Position numbers and translations under genes: made by a program. The notes below the pieces were generated by a model, which ran no database searches, had not been told where the DNA came from, and was given only the letters and a program-made list of their open reading frames with translations. Shown in pieces: positions 30,717 to 40,570 of a stretch of DNA of 64,000 nucleotides. Every line of letters begins with the position of its first letter. Position 1 is the stretch's first letter. The DNA is from Mycoplasmatota bacterium (GTDB taxonomy: Bacteria; Bacillota_I; Bacilli_A; MAG-NZ): assembly GCA_018394315.1 (NCBI GenBank), contig CP074575.1:1830615-1894614 (forward strand), given 5' to 3'.

Positions 30717-31244
30717 TTACTTCAAAAACTCACTATACTTTGTAACGTCAATTTCTTGTGAGTTAATTTTATCTGTACTTTTGATTAATAAATTCATAGA
30801 ATCATCTATAGAAAAGAGCATATTTACTACCTTCATAGTTTCAATAGGTCCATTAAACATAGTAGGCCAATCTCCACCTGCAGTGCAAACTAATAAAGAC
30901 TTATCTAACTTTTTCACTTCTTCTTTTCTTATGAATTTCTTTGTAAAGTAAGTCTGAAATCTCGATATTATATCCAATAAACTACTTGATAAACTCGCAA
31001 AGTATAAAGGACTTGCGATAATTATTTTATCAGCAGAACCAATTAAATCATATATTTGAATCATATTATCATTTATACTACATCCATCTAAGTTGTCACA
31101 ATATTTACAATCCATACAAGCCTTGATATTTTCAGCATATGAATTGATGATTATATACTCTTCATCAATTCCCTTAATAATTTTCTTCACAGTTTTCATA
31201 GTGTGTCCATTTTTGTTTGGTGATCCATTTAGAATGAGAATCAT
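30717..31244 (-). CDS. flavodoxin-like NADPH-dependent FMN reductase / iron-sulfur flavoprotein
   Basis: LNGSPNKNGHT, CMDCKYC...C, IIASPLYF. Confidence 0.85.
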   Translation of the reverse strand: MILILNGSPNKNGHTMKTVKKIIKGIDEEYIIINSYAENIKACMDCKYCDNLDGCSINDNMIQIYDLIGSADKIIIASPLYFASLSSSLLDIISRFQTYFTKKFIRKEEVKKLDKSLLVCTAGGDWPTMFNGPIETMKVVNMLFSIDDSMNLLIKSTDKINSQEIDVTKYSEFLK

Positions 31245-31390
31245 TTGAATATCCTACTATATGGATAATTTAATTCTATTTCTTCTCCAATATTACTTGA
31301 ATCATCCTTAGCATGACAAGTAATCCTAGGTTGCATACAATCTCTATTCTTAATTAATTTATCTTTTATTTTATATTCAGATAGTGACAT
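31241..31390 (-). pseudogene. possible small frameshifted gene or remnant between punA and the flavodoxin gene
   Basis: GGAG SD + ATG 31390 (MSLSEYKIKDKLIKE*); shifted frame MQPRITCH...YPYSRIFK* ends in an ATGA overlap with the next start. Confidence 0.35.
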
Positions 31391-31409
31391 ATCATTCTCC
31401 TTACTAATT

Positions 31410-32225
31410 TCAACCTAGTTCAGCAATTATTCCAGAGATTAATCCTACAAACTTTACAGATGTCTCTTGTGCTGTCTTAACTACATTATCATGAGAGTGT
31501 TTAGTTTCTTGAATGCCAGTAGCCATATTAGTTACGCAACTGATCCCTAATGTGTCAATCCCTAGTTGATTACACACAATTGTCTCTGGAACTGTACTCA
31601 TACCTACAGTATCAGCTCCAAATCCTGCAATCATTCTAATTTCAGCCCTTGTTTCGTAATAGGGTCCCTGAAACCCCGCATACACCCCTTGCTCTAATTT
31701 TATATTTAAATCTTTTCCTACTTGTTTTGCTTTTTCGATAAGATATAATTTATAAGGCTCAGTCATATCGGGAAATCTAGGTCCAAATCTTTCATCGTTA
31801 GTACCAACAAGTGGATTTGTTCCCATAAGATTTATAAAATCATCAATAATCATTAGTGACCCTGGTTTAAAATTCTTGTTTATTCCTCCGCATGCGTTTG
31901 TAATGATCATTTTTTCTATTCCTAATAATTTCATCACATATATAGGGTAGGTTACTTGCTTCATATCATAACCTTCATAAAAATGAAATCTTCCCGATAG
32001 TACCACAATCTCAACGTCTTCTATCGTTCCAAACACTAGCTTACCTGAATGTCCCTTCACTGTAACTTTTGGAAAATTTGGTATTTCTTCATATTCAACA
32101 ATTTCTTGATTCTCAATTTGATTTACTAAATCACCTAATCCAGAACCCAAAACCACTGATACTTTCGGTTTATATTTAACTTTTCTCTTTATATAATTTA
32201 CAGATTCCAAAACTTTGTTATACAT
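31410..32225 (-). CDS. punA: purine nucleoside phosphorylase (trimeric type)
   Basis: VLGSGLG, GRFHFYEG, GPRFPDM, GPYYETRAE, VGMSTVPE, TNMATG. Confidence 0.95.
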   Translation of the reverse strand: MYNKVLESVNYIKRKVKYKPKVSVVLGSGLGDLVNQIENQEIVEYEEIPNFPKVTVKGHSGKLVFGTIEDVEIVVLSGRFHFYEGYDMKQVTYPIYVMKLLGIEKMIITNACGGINKNFKPGSLMIIDDFINLMGTNPLVGTNDERFGPRFPDMTEPYKLYLIEKAKQVGKDLNIKLEQGVYAGFQGPYYETRAEIRMIAGFGADTVGMSTVPETIVCNQLGIDTLGISCVTNMATGIQETKHSHDNVVKTAQETSVKFVGLISGIIAELG

Positions 32226-32339
32226 AATATTCTCCTATATTCTTATATTCTATAAATATTATATCAATTATATAATATTATTCCCCTGTTTTTAGAATAT
32301 ATCTAGTAAAAAAAGCGATCTATAAGTATAGTCGCACTT

Positions 32340-34115
32340 TTATACGGGCCTTTCCTTATATTGAATTTGATAAAGACTATAATACATTCCCTTATTTTTA
32401 AGCAACTCTTGATGAGATCCGATTTCTACAATCTCTCCCTTATGTAAGACTACAATTTTATCAACATATTGAATTGTAGATAATCTATGTGCAACTATCA
32501 ACATTGTCCCGATACTCATCATTTTACTTAATGAGTCTTGTATAAGTTGTTCAGTCTCAGTATCGATATTGGCTGTTGCTTCATCTAAAATCATTACACT
32601 CGGTTTATGAAGCAACGTCCTTGCAAATGATAATAATTGTCTTTGTCCTTGAGAGAAGTTTAGCCCTCTTTCCGTGACTTCTTCATTATATTTCATAGGT
32701 AATTTCTCAATAAACTGATTTGCATTAACATATGTAGCTGCTTCAACCAATTCTTCATTTGATATAGTATCATCTTTTAGTGTTATATTCGACTTTATAG
32801 TTCCAGAGAACATAAAAACATCTTGTAACATTACTCCTATATATTTCCTTAAACTATGAAGTCTAATTTTCTTTATATCTATTCCATCTATAAGTATTTG
32901 CCCCCTTTGAATATCCCAATCTCTAGTTATCAATTTTAATATAGTTGTCTTTCCTGCTCCAGTGGCACCCACAAAAGCAAATGACTCTTTCGGATTGATT
33001 TTAAATGAAACATCCTTCAAAATCCATTCATCTTCAATATATTTAAACCAGACATTTTTAAATTCTATCTCACCTTTTATACTATCTAAATCAAGAGCGT
33101 CTGGCTCCTCACTAATTGATTGATTGTCATCCAAAATTCCAAATATTCTTTCACTTGACGCTAAAGCAGACTGCAATATATTAAATTGCTCAGCGAGCAT
33201 TTGTATTGGTTGAAATAAGTTATCAACGTATGTTTTAAATGTAATCACTAATGCAATTGTCATTAGTCCATCTATAACTTGATATCCCCCAAAAAGAATT
33301 ACAATGCTAATCGAAGTAATGTGAAGTAAATATATTGTTGGCCTATAAAAAGCAAAAGCAAGAATTTGTTGTAAATGCGATCTTCTTAACTTCTTATTTA
33401 CCTTTAGGAATTCATCAAATTTTTCTGCTTCTTGGTTGAAAATCTGTACAATTTTCATTCCAGATAAATGTTCACTTAAAAATGCATTTACTATCGCGAC
33501 ATTTTTTCTTACTTTACGGTAAATACTTCTTGATACTCTTCTGAACAAATAAGAAGATACTAGTAAAATTGGTATAACTATAATAACAAGTGATGCTAAT
33601 TTTAAATTAAGATATAACATGGCAGCAATAATCCCAATAACTGTTAGTAAATCCCTAGACATATTTACGAGTACACTAGTGTACATTTCACTTACAGTAT
33701 TAGTATCATTAGTTATACGAGAAACTAATACGCCTGTAGGTTGATTATTTAAATACTTAATAGATTGATATTCCATATGTGTAAAAATTTCTTTACGTAT
33801 ATCATACACAATATTTTGACCAGTTTTTTGGAGTATTATTTGTTGAAAATATGAAGTAATACTTGCTACAGCAGTTATTGAAAAGTAGAGTCCTAAATAC
33901 ATAAAGAGAGTTTTCATCTCAAATGTTGGTTTTTCAAATACACCAAATACTTCACCGAATATGTATGGTTGCAATAGTTGAATTCCAACCGCAAAGATCA
34001 TTAGTGCAAATGTGATTATAAAAGATACTTTGTATGGTTTTGCGTATTTTACAAGCCTTTTGATTATGGTAATATCAGACATTGATCTTTCCACTTTACT
34101 ATCTTTATATTCCAT
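32340..34115 (-). CDS. ABC exporter half-transporter (YheH/BmrD-like)
   Basis: TMD+NBD; GATGAGKTT, FSQGQRQ, LDEATANID. Confidence 0.92.
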   Translation of the reverse strand: MEYKDSKVERSMSDITIIKRLVKYAKPYKVSFIITFALMIFAVGIQLLQPYIFGEVFGVFEKPTFEMKTLFMYLGLYFSITAVASITSYFQQIILQKTGQNIVYDIRKEIFTHMEYQSIKYLNNQPTGVLVSRITNDTNTVSEMYTSVLVNMSRDLLTVIGIIAAMLYLNLKLASLVIIVIPILLVSSYLFRRVSRSIYRKVRKNVAIVNAFLSEHLSGMKIVQIFNQEAEKFDEFLKVNKKLRRSHLQQILAFAFYRPTIYLLHITSISIVILFGGYQVIDGLMTIALVITFKTYVDNLFQPIQMLAEQFNILQSALASSERIFGILDDNQSISEEPDALDLDSIKGEIEFKNVWFKYIEDEWILKDVSFKINPKESFAFVGATGAGKTTILKLITRDWDIQRGQILIDGIDIKKIRLHSLRKYIGVMLQDVFMFSGTIKSNITLKDDTISNEELVEAATYVNANQFIEKLPMKYNEEVTERGLNFSQGQRQLLSFARTLLHKPSVMILDEATANIDTETEQLIQDSLSKMMSIGTMLIVAHRLSTIQYVDKIVVLHKGEIVEIGSHQELLKNKGMYYSLYQIQYKERPV

Positions 34116-35878
34116 TATAGCCCCTCAATCTCATCTTCTAATTTTTGTCTATTAACAATGTCTAGATACAATTCACATCTACTAATTAACTCCATATGAG
34201 TGCCAACATCTAATACTTTACCTTCATCCATCAATATTATCTTATCCGCATTCTTTATTGAAGATATCCTATGAGCTATAACTATAGTTGTTTTTCCACT
34301 TCTCACATTACCTAGATTTTCTAAAATTGTCTCTTCTGTTTTAGTATCTACAGCCGATACAGAATCATCAAGTATTAAAATACTTGGATCTTTTATTAGT
34401 GCTCTAGCTATCGCAACTCGCTGTTTTTGCCCGCCACTTAGGGTGACACCTCTTTCTCCAATAACAGTTTCATAACCTTCTTTGAATTCTTGAATATTTT
34501 TGTTAACGTCACTTAAAATTGCTGCCTTGATTACTTTATCAAAATAATCTCCATTTCTATCAATTCCTAAAGCAATGTTATTATACAAGTTATCACTAAA
34601 TAAGAACCCATCTTGAGGAACATAACCAATACTCCTTCTCAGTTCTCTTATTGGTAATCTCATAATGTCGATACCATCAATAAATAATGAATTGCTCTGA
34701 ATGTTGTACACTCTCATCAACAAATCAACTAAAGTAGTTTTACCACATCCAGTTCTACCGATAATACCTACAGTTTCTCCTTTTTTTATTTCAAAACTAA
34801 CATTCACTAGTTGTTTAACTTCTGAACCTGGATAAGAAAAAGTTAGATTTTTGAATTGTATATCGCCTCTTATTTCTTCAACATCAACTACCTCTTCATC
34901 TTTGACCTTTACGTCTTCATTTAGAATATTATTTATTCGCTCTAATGAAGCTTTTCCAGATGAGTTGATTTGTATTACTCTCACTACTGCTATCATCGGC
35001 CAAATCATAGCCATAAAGTATGAAATATATTCAAAAAGCATTCCAATAGTGAATTCCGATGCTGTTCCTATAGTATTTTTAATCAAATTTCCACCGTAAG
35101 CTAAAATGATAATAACTATCACAGTGATAAAGAAACGCATCATTATTTCTACTACTACTACAAGCTTCATAAAGCTAAATGTCTTAGATCTGTTATTTTC
35201 ATTAGCTTTTAGAAATTCAATAATTTCTTTTGGCTCTCTTGCGAATGCTTTAATAACTTGAATTCCAGACATGTTTTCATTAACAAAATCACTCATTTGT
35301 TCAAAAGCTTCTTGTCTTAATCTAAATCGTTTATGTAGCAATCTAGATAAGAAACCCGCAATAATAGCCAAAAGTATTAATGGTGAAACAGCAATTAAAG
35401 TCATCTTTACATCTATTCGTATCATTTTGTAAAATGCTAAGGAACCCAAAAAGGCAGCATCTACAACCATAATAGTACCAAAACCAATAGACATTCGAAC
35501 TGCTTCTAGATCATTAATAAAGTATGCCATTAATCCACCAGTTTTGTTTTTTTGATAAAACTCTTGGTCTAATTTCTCACAATGCTTAAACATCTCATTC
35601 CTAACACCAAACTCAATTCTTCTACTTGCTCCTAAAATAAAATATCGCCATATAAACCTACCAACCACTATGATTAGTGCATAAGTAAATAGCATCTTAA
35701 CACTATCGACAATTAATTCTTTAGTCATTGTACCTTCTGTTAAGCCATCAATTACTCCTCTTACAACCTCTGGAATTTTTAGCTGAAAAAAATCAATAAG
35801 TATTAGTGCAGTAATACCAATTAAAAAAAAGTGAAAGAATCTAATATAATATTTGTTTAATGTTTTCCCGAAAATCAC
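34115..35878 (-). CDS. ABC exporter half-transporter (YheI/BmrC-like, degenerate Walker B)
   Basis: GRTGCGKTT, LSGGQKQR, ILDDSVSAVD. Confidence 0.92.
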   Translation of the reverse strand: MIFGKTLNKYYIRFFHFFLIGITALILIDFFQLKIPEVVRGVIDGLTEGTMTKELIVDSVKMLFTYALIIVVGRFIWRYFILGASRRIEFGVRNEMFKHCEKLDQEFYQKNKTGGLMAYFINDLEAVRMSIGFGTIMVVDAAFLGSLAFYKMIRIDVKMTLIAVSPLILLAIIAGFLSRLLHKRFRLRQEAFEQMSDFVNENMSGIQVIKAFAREPKEIIEFLKANENNRSKTFSFMKLVVVVEIMMRFFITVIVIIILAYGGNLIKNTIGTASEFTIGMLFEYISYFMAMIWPMIAVVRVIQINSSGKASLERINNILNEDVKVKDEEVVDVEEIRGDIQFKNLTFSYPGSEVKQLVNVSFEIKKGETVGIIGRTGCGKTTLVDLLMRVYNIQSNSLFIDGIDIMRLPIRELRRSIGYVPQDGFLFSDNLYNNIALGIDRNGDYFDKVIKAAILSDVNKNIQEFKEGYETVIGERGVTLSGGQKQRVAIARALIKDPSILILDDSVSAVDTKTEETILENLGNVRSGKTTIVIAHRISSIKNADKIILMDEGKVLDVGTHMELISRCELYLDIVNRQKLEDEIEGL

Positions 35879-35889
35879 ACTAATACCCC

Positions 35890-36303
35890 CTATTCCATTT
35901 CGTCAAATATTTTGCTTAATGTTTCTAATTCGTCCGAATTTAATTTTGCAATAACATTATCAGTAAATCTACTACTTTCAATCACATTTGATGTTGCTAG
36001 GACTTCTCCTTTAGTAGTTAAGCTAATATATGATACTCTTTTATCAAAATCTGACTGATTCTTAATAGCTAATCCAGACTCTATGAATCTGTTAATTATC
36101 TCTGTAACCGTTGGTTTACTTAACTCAGCTATTTTTGCAAATTTACTTGCGGTAATATTTTCATTATTATATATTATATTTAAATATCTAAACTGTTTAT
36201 TACTTATCTTATCTAAACCAATTTCTTTATACACTTCTTTACAACTTTTGAAATAAAGCCTTAGAAACTTATTTATTGATAATCTTAATATTTCTTTATC
36301 CAT
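35890..36303 (-). CDS. MarR family regulator
   Basis: LSKPTVTEIINRF, DKRVSYISLT; ATG 36303 after GAAGGAG SD. Confidence 0.88.
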   Translation of the reverse strand: MDKEILRLSINKFLRLYFKSCKEVYKEIGLDKISNKQFRYLNIIYNNENITASKFAKIAELSKPTVTEIINRFIESGLAIKNQSDFDKRVSYISLTTKGEVLATSNVIESSRFTDNVIAKLNSDELETLSKIFDEME

Positions 36304-36321
36304 GGGTCTCTCCTTCATAGT

Positions 36322-36370
36322 TAGTTAGTATTTACCTAACTATTATATATTACCCATTATTATTATGCAA
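36322..36370 (-). promoter_or_regulatory. promoter and palindromic MarR-type operator
   Basis: TTGCAT-N17-TATAAT (36370-36342); TAGTTAG-N7-CTAACTA at 36322-36342. Confidence 0.7.
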
Positions 36371-36406
36371 GGAAAAGAAAAAGAGTTGAAATTAACTCCT
36401 CTATAT

Positions 36407-36934
36407 TCAATATATTATTATTCCCATATAATAATTGTCTTTGTAAATTCCGTCAATATATGCCGCACATCTGTGTGTTCCTTCTATTTCGAATCCACAC
36501 TTTTTATATAAATGAATCCCCGCTTTATTATCGCATCGTACCTCTAGATCAATTTTCTTAAGACCAACTTCTTTAGCGTATCTAATTTGTTCTTGAATCA
36601 AAAAATAACCAATACCTAACCCCCAAAATTCTTTAGCTACCGTTATTCCTAAACTACTCATGTGCTTAATCCTTTTTCTCTTATCAGTTCCATGTAAGCC
36701 ACAGATTCCAATTATTCTACCATCATATAAACACAGCAGATTATTACAGCTTTTATTTTCTATCCAATTCATTATTATCTTTTCTTCCTCTTCAACTGTA
36801 TACGAAACTTCACCAGGCGCAGTAGTCAAAGCATCACTTTCAATTACGGTCTTAGCAAAGAAATCTAATAAGTCACTAGCATCACTAACTTTTGTATTTC
36901 TAATTTCAACAATTCTTCCATCATTAATTCTCAT
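36407..36934 (-). CDS. GNAT N-acetyltransferase
   Basis: LGITV.KEFWGLGIG, V..DN..GIHLYKKCGF. Confidence 0.88.
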   Translation of the reverse strand: MRINDGRIVEIRNTKVSDASDLLDFFAKTVIESDALTTAPGEVSYTVEEEEKIIMNWIENKSCNNLLCLYDGRIIGICGLHGTDKRKRIKHMSSLGITVAKEFWGLGIGYFLIQEQIRYAKEVGLKKIDLEVRCDNKAGIHLYKKCGFEIEGTHRCAAYIDGIYKDNYYMGIIIY

Positions 36935-37007
36935 CCAAATCACCTCTATTTAATTTGCTTTATGAAAATTTTCTAGACTATCGTTTTTTTGGTAGATAAA
37001 CTAATAT

Positions 37008-37859
37008 TTACTTAACTATCCAAGATAACCCAAGTCCACCTCTTCCTAAATGAACGCCTAATACTGGAGTAATTTCCCTTGAAATAAATACCCTTGCATT
37101 TTCAAATTTCTCTTCAAGCCTTGACTTTAATTTTAATGCATTCACTTTCGTTGAAATATAAGAGATTCTAATATGTAATAATTCTTTTAAAGAGATTGTT
37201 CTTTCTATTCTATTAATTATGAACTCAAAGACTCTTTTAGTACTTCTTACCTTTCCTGCGATAAAAATTTTTCCAACTCTGTCTAACTCCATAATTGGTT
37301 TTACTCTCATTATAGTACCTATGATTGCTTTTGTTTTAGATACTCTCCCTGATTTCAGAATAGCTTCAAAGTTGTCTATAGTAAAAATTGTATTTAATTT
37401 ATTAGCTTTTTCTTCCATAATCGTAGAAATAACATTGTAATCAGAATTTTCATGCATTAGATCTTTTAACTCCTCAAGAAGTAATTCACCGCCCATTGCT
37501 GACGTTCTTGAATCGATCACCTTGATATTAGCATCTTTAGCCATTTCACACGCAATATTTGCTGATTGATATGTACCACTAATTCCACTTGAAACAGTAA
37601 AGCATATAATATTGCTTATACCTTTTTCTAATAATTTATTAAATGCTTCTAAGAATGCTTCGGGGGTTGGCTGAGATGTAGTTACTTTCTTATTATCATC
37701 CAAAGCATCAAAAATATCTTCACATGATATATCAACACCATCTGTATATATTCTATTTTCTATAATAATATTAAGATTTACTACTTCCATTTCTAAATAA
37801 TCTAGTAGTTCTTTATTTAAACAAAAAGTACTATCTACTACAATTCCTATCTTACTCAT
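37008..37859 (-). CDS. DegV/FakB fatty-acid-binding protein
   Basis: IVVDST, TTSQP, SSGISGTY, KSGR, GVHLG. Confidence 0.9.
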   Translation of the reverse strand: MSKIGIVVDSTFCLNKELLDYLEMEVVNLNIIIENRIYTDGVDISCEDIFDALDDNKKVTTSQPTPEAFLEAFNKLLEKGISNIICFTVSSGISGTYQSANIACEMAKDANIKVIDSRTSAMGGELLLEELKDLMHENSDYNVISTIMEEKANKLNTIFTIDNFEAILKSGRVSKTKAIIGTIMRVKPIMELDRVGKIFIAGKVRSTKRVFEFIINRIERTISLKELLHIRISYISTKVNALKLKSRLEEKFENARVFISREITPVLGVHLGRGGLGLSWIVK

Positions 37860-38406
37860 TACTTTTTCCTCCTTGTAATCTTTCAAAATACTCATCTTTT
37901 ATAATTGAATATATTATTCTATCAACGATTTCTCCTGTTGCGATTTTATCTTCTTTTCTTAATATGCCCTCTTTGGTAAATCCCAATTTTTGAGCAACTC
38001 TCTCACTCGTTTTATTAAATGGATAATGACTCATAGCTACTCTATCCATGTTAAGTTCTTCAAATAAATACTTTATTACTACATTACAAGCTTCAGTAAT
38101 GTATCCATTATTCCAGTAATCATAATTTAATTCAAACCCGATATGTCTTTCTATAATATCATTGTAGGTTAAGTTGTATGCTCCTATAGCTCCAATTACT
38201 TTTCTATTAGATTTCAGTTCTATAACTAATATGTCATCCCTTTTTATAAGTTTTTCTATTCGTTTCATCATCTCGAAAATATTATATACCTTTTTCGAAC
38301 CAGCTGGTATCTGCACCCTATCATCTGAAGAGTATTCATAAAGATCATTAACATCTTCTAACCTAACTCTTCTTAGGATTAATCTATCCGTTTCTAAATT
38401 TTTCAA
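37852..38406 (-). CDS. RimJ/RimL-type GNAT acetyltransferase
   Basis: LETDRLILR, YWNNGYITEA, N..SERVAQKLGF..EG; TTG start after GGAGGT SD. Confidence 0.88.
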   Translation of the reverse strand: MKNLETDRLILRRVRLEDVNDLYEYSSDDRVQIPAGSKKVYNIFEMMKRIEKLIKRDDILVIELKSNRKVIGAIGAYNLTYNDIIERHIGFELNYDYWNNGYITEACNVVIKYLFEELNMDRVAMSHYPFNKTSERVAQKLGFTKEGILRKEDKIATGEIVDRIIYSIIKDEYFERLQGGKSNE

Positions 38407-38591
38407 CAGAACACCTCCGAACATATTATTTAGATTCTACAGAAATATAATTTTAGAAGTTTCATTAATAATTCATACCAAAAGTCCTATTTATTATAAA
38501 TTTTACCATATTAATATCATATTTTATATACAAAGAAAAGATGAAAAATATTTAATTATTACTTTTCACCTTTTTTTAAAGAATTATATTT

Positions 38592-39308
38592 CTATTGATT
38601 ATCACAATAATAGTTTATAGCTAATTGTAAATAATTTGATAAACCTTGTTTGATATTGTCAATATTTTTTGTAAATCGTTTGTCAGTTACATATAACTCA
38701 CCAAGTCCTCTGAAAATTTGGATTGTACACTCATAAAAGTTTTCGCTTATAAATCTTCTCCAATCATCAATTGATGATTGGATGATTGAATCACTTACAT
38801 CTTTATCCATGTTTTTTGAAATCATCACAAAGATTTCGTTCATTTCTTTTTGAACATCGCTCCATTTTGCATCATCGAACTTATCCGTCTTTTTATGGCT
38901 TTGTATCGCTACATCACCATATTTTTTTATCGCTTCTTCCTTATATTTATTAAACTCTTTCTTACTAAATCTTTTAATCATATCTATTTCAAATCCTTTC
39001 GCTAACGTGTTATCAATTGACTCAATCAAACTTTCCACCCTCTCAATTTTTTTCTTAATCAACTCTCTATGAATAGAAAGAGCTTTTCTCTTATCCAAAT
39101 TTGATTTATCAATAATCAACATTATCTTAGATAATGGAAATCCTAATTCTCTAAGATATAAAATTTGAGATAATTTCGCTACATCCTCTTTTGAGTAAAA
39201 ACGATAGTTCGACTGATCCTTTCTAGGGCATAGTAAACCCAATTGATCATAATAATGAAGTGCTCTTACTGTTATTCCTGCCAAATTTGCTAATTCTTTA
39301 ACTCTCAC
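38592..39308 (-). CDS. MerR family regulator with TipAS domain (Mta-like)
   Basis: TVRALHYYDQLGLL, YRFYS; C-terminal GLGELYVTDKRF. Confidence 0.9.
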   Translation of the reverse strand: MRVKELANLAGITVRALHYYDQLGLLCPRKDQSNYRFYSKEDVAKLSQILYLRELGFPLSKIMLIIDKSNLDKRKALSIHRELIKKKIERVESLIESIDNTLAKGFEIDMIKRFSKKEFNKYKEEAIKKYGDVAIQSHKKTDKFDDAKWSDVQKEMNEIFVMISKNMDKDVSDSIIQSSIDDWRRFISENFYECTIQIFRGLGELYVTDKRFTKNIDNIKQGLSNYLQLAINYYCDNQ

Positions 39309-39324
39309 AGAATTACCCCTTTTT

Positions 39325-39355
39325 ATTATATTCTATAACGTAACGTTAGAGTCAA
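39325..39355 (-). promoter_or_regulatory. MerR-type promoter with 19-bp spacer and dyad operator
   Basis: TTGACT-CTAACGTTACGTTATAGAA(19)-TATAAT; dyad TAACGT-T-ACGTTA. Confidence 0.85.
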
Positions 39356-39364
39356 TATAAAAAT

Positions 39365-39388
39365 AAAAAATCAGGGTTTTCACCCTGA
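39365..39388 (-). terminator. terminator after pfk
   Basis: TCAGGGT...ACCCTGA then T6 on minus strand. Confidence 0.85.
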
Positions 39389-40519
39389 CTAATTACCAAA
39401 ATTTATTCCAATTGCCTGACATGCATTAACTAGATCCCCATTTGGATCAACTTGTTTGTTTCCACCTTTTGAAGTTTCTCCAATTGCACCACTTCCCACT
39501 ACTTCTTCAAGTGACACATGTTGAATCTTATTGTCCTTATAAATTACCATTCGCGAATTCTTCCCACTCATAATTAAGTCTACTGAAGCAACTCCAAATT
39601 TGATTCCCAAAGATCTATCAAATTGTGATGTTACTCCACCTCTTTGAAGATAAGCTAGATTAGTATATCTTACTTCATGTGATGGAACTAATTCTTGTAA
39701 TTGTTTAGTAACCAAAGCACCTAACCCGCCTAAACGAATAGAATCTGCACTATCTTCGATAATTTCTCTTACGAATACATCTCCTCCGATAGGTTTTGCT
39801 CCCTCACTGACTACAATAATAGAAAAGAATTTACCAAAATTATCTCTTTCTTTAATTTTTTCCGCTACTTTGTTTAAATCATAAGGAATCTCTGGAATTA
39901 AAATAACATCAGCACTTCCTGCTAATCCACCTTCTATTGCTAACCAACCTGTATTTCTACCCATAACTTCAACTACCATAACTCTGTCATGCGAATACGC
40001 TGTTGTATGAATCTTATCTAGAGCATCCGTAATTGACTCTAATGATGTATTATAACCAAATGTAACATCAGTTGCTGGAAGGTCATTATCTATTGTTTTT
40101 GGAATACCTATAACAGTCATTCCTAACCTGGCGAAATCTCTTGCACTTGTTAGGGTACCATCTCCTCCTAACACTACTAATGCATCAACTCCTTCTTCTT
40201 CCATATTCTTAAGAGCTACATCCGAAACATCTTTATACGTTACAGTACCATCTGGATCTTTTAAAGCATAATTAAACAGATTATCTTTATTAGAACTTTT
40301 TAGAATCGTTCCACCTTGATGCATAATCCCTGAAACAGCTTTTAAGTCTAGTTTTATAAAGTCATTTGTGTATAATCCTGAATATCCTCTAAGATATCCT
40401 ATAACTTCTAAGCCATATTTATTAATTGCTGTTTTAGTTACTGCACTTATTACTGCATTTAAACCAGAGCAATCACCACCACCCGTGATTACACCTATTT
40501 TTTTTATCTTTTTATTCAT
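39389..40519 (-). CDS. pfkA: 6-phosphofructokinase (PfkA family, GGDG/PKTIDND type)
   Basis: TGGGDCSGLN, GGDGT, IPKTIDND, VEVMGR, LQRGG. Confidence 0.9.
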   Translation of the reverse strand: MNKKIKKIGVITGGGDCSGLNAVISAVTKTAINKYGLEVIGYLRGYSGLYTNDFIKLDLKAVSGIMHQGGTILKSSNKDNLFNYALKDPDGTVTYKDVSDVALKNMEEEGVDALVVLGGDGTLTSARDFARLGMTVIGIPKTIDNDLPATDVTFGYNTSLESITDALDKIHTTAYSHDRVMVVEVMGRNTGWLAIEGGLAGSADVILIPEIPYDLNKVAEKIKERDNFGKFFSIIVVSEGAKPIGGDVFVREIIEDSADSIRLGGLGALVTKQLQELVPSHEVRYTNLAYLQRGGVTSQFDRSLGIKFGVASVDLIMSGKNSRMVIYKDNKIQHVSLEEVVGSGAIGETSKGGNKQVDPNGDLVNACQAIGINFGN

Positions 40520-40570
40520 GTAAACCTCCATTTCAGTTTCATCAAATTTTATCATATTTTACACCAAAAG

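Noticed and set aside
32226..32340. Purine riboswitch upstream of punA
   Set aside because: No aptamer core motifs; only promoter-like sequence and the upstream terminator.
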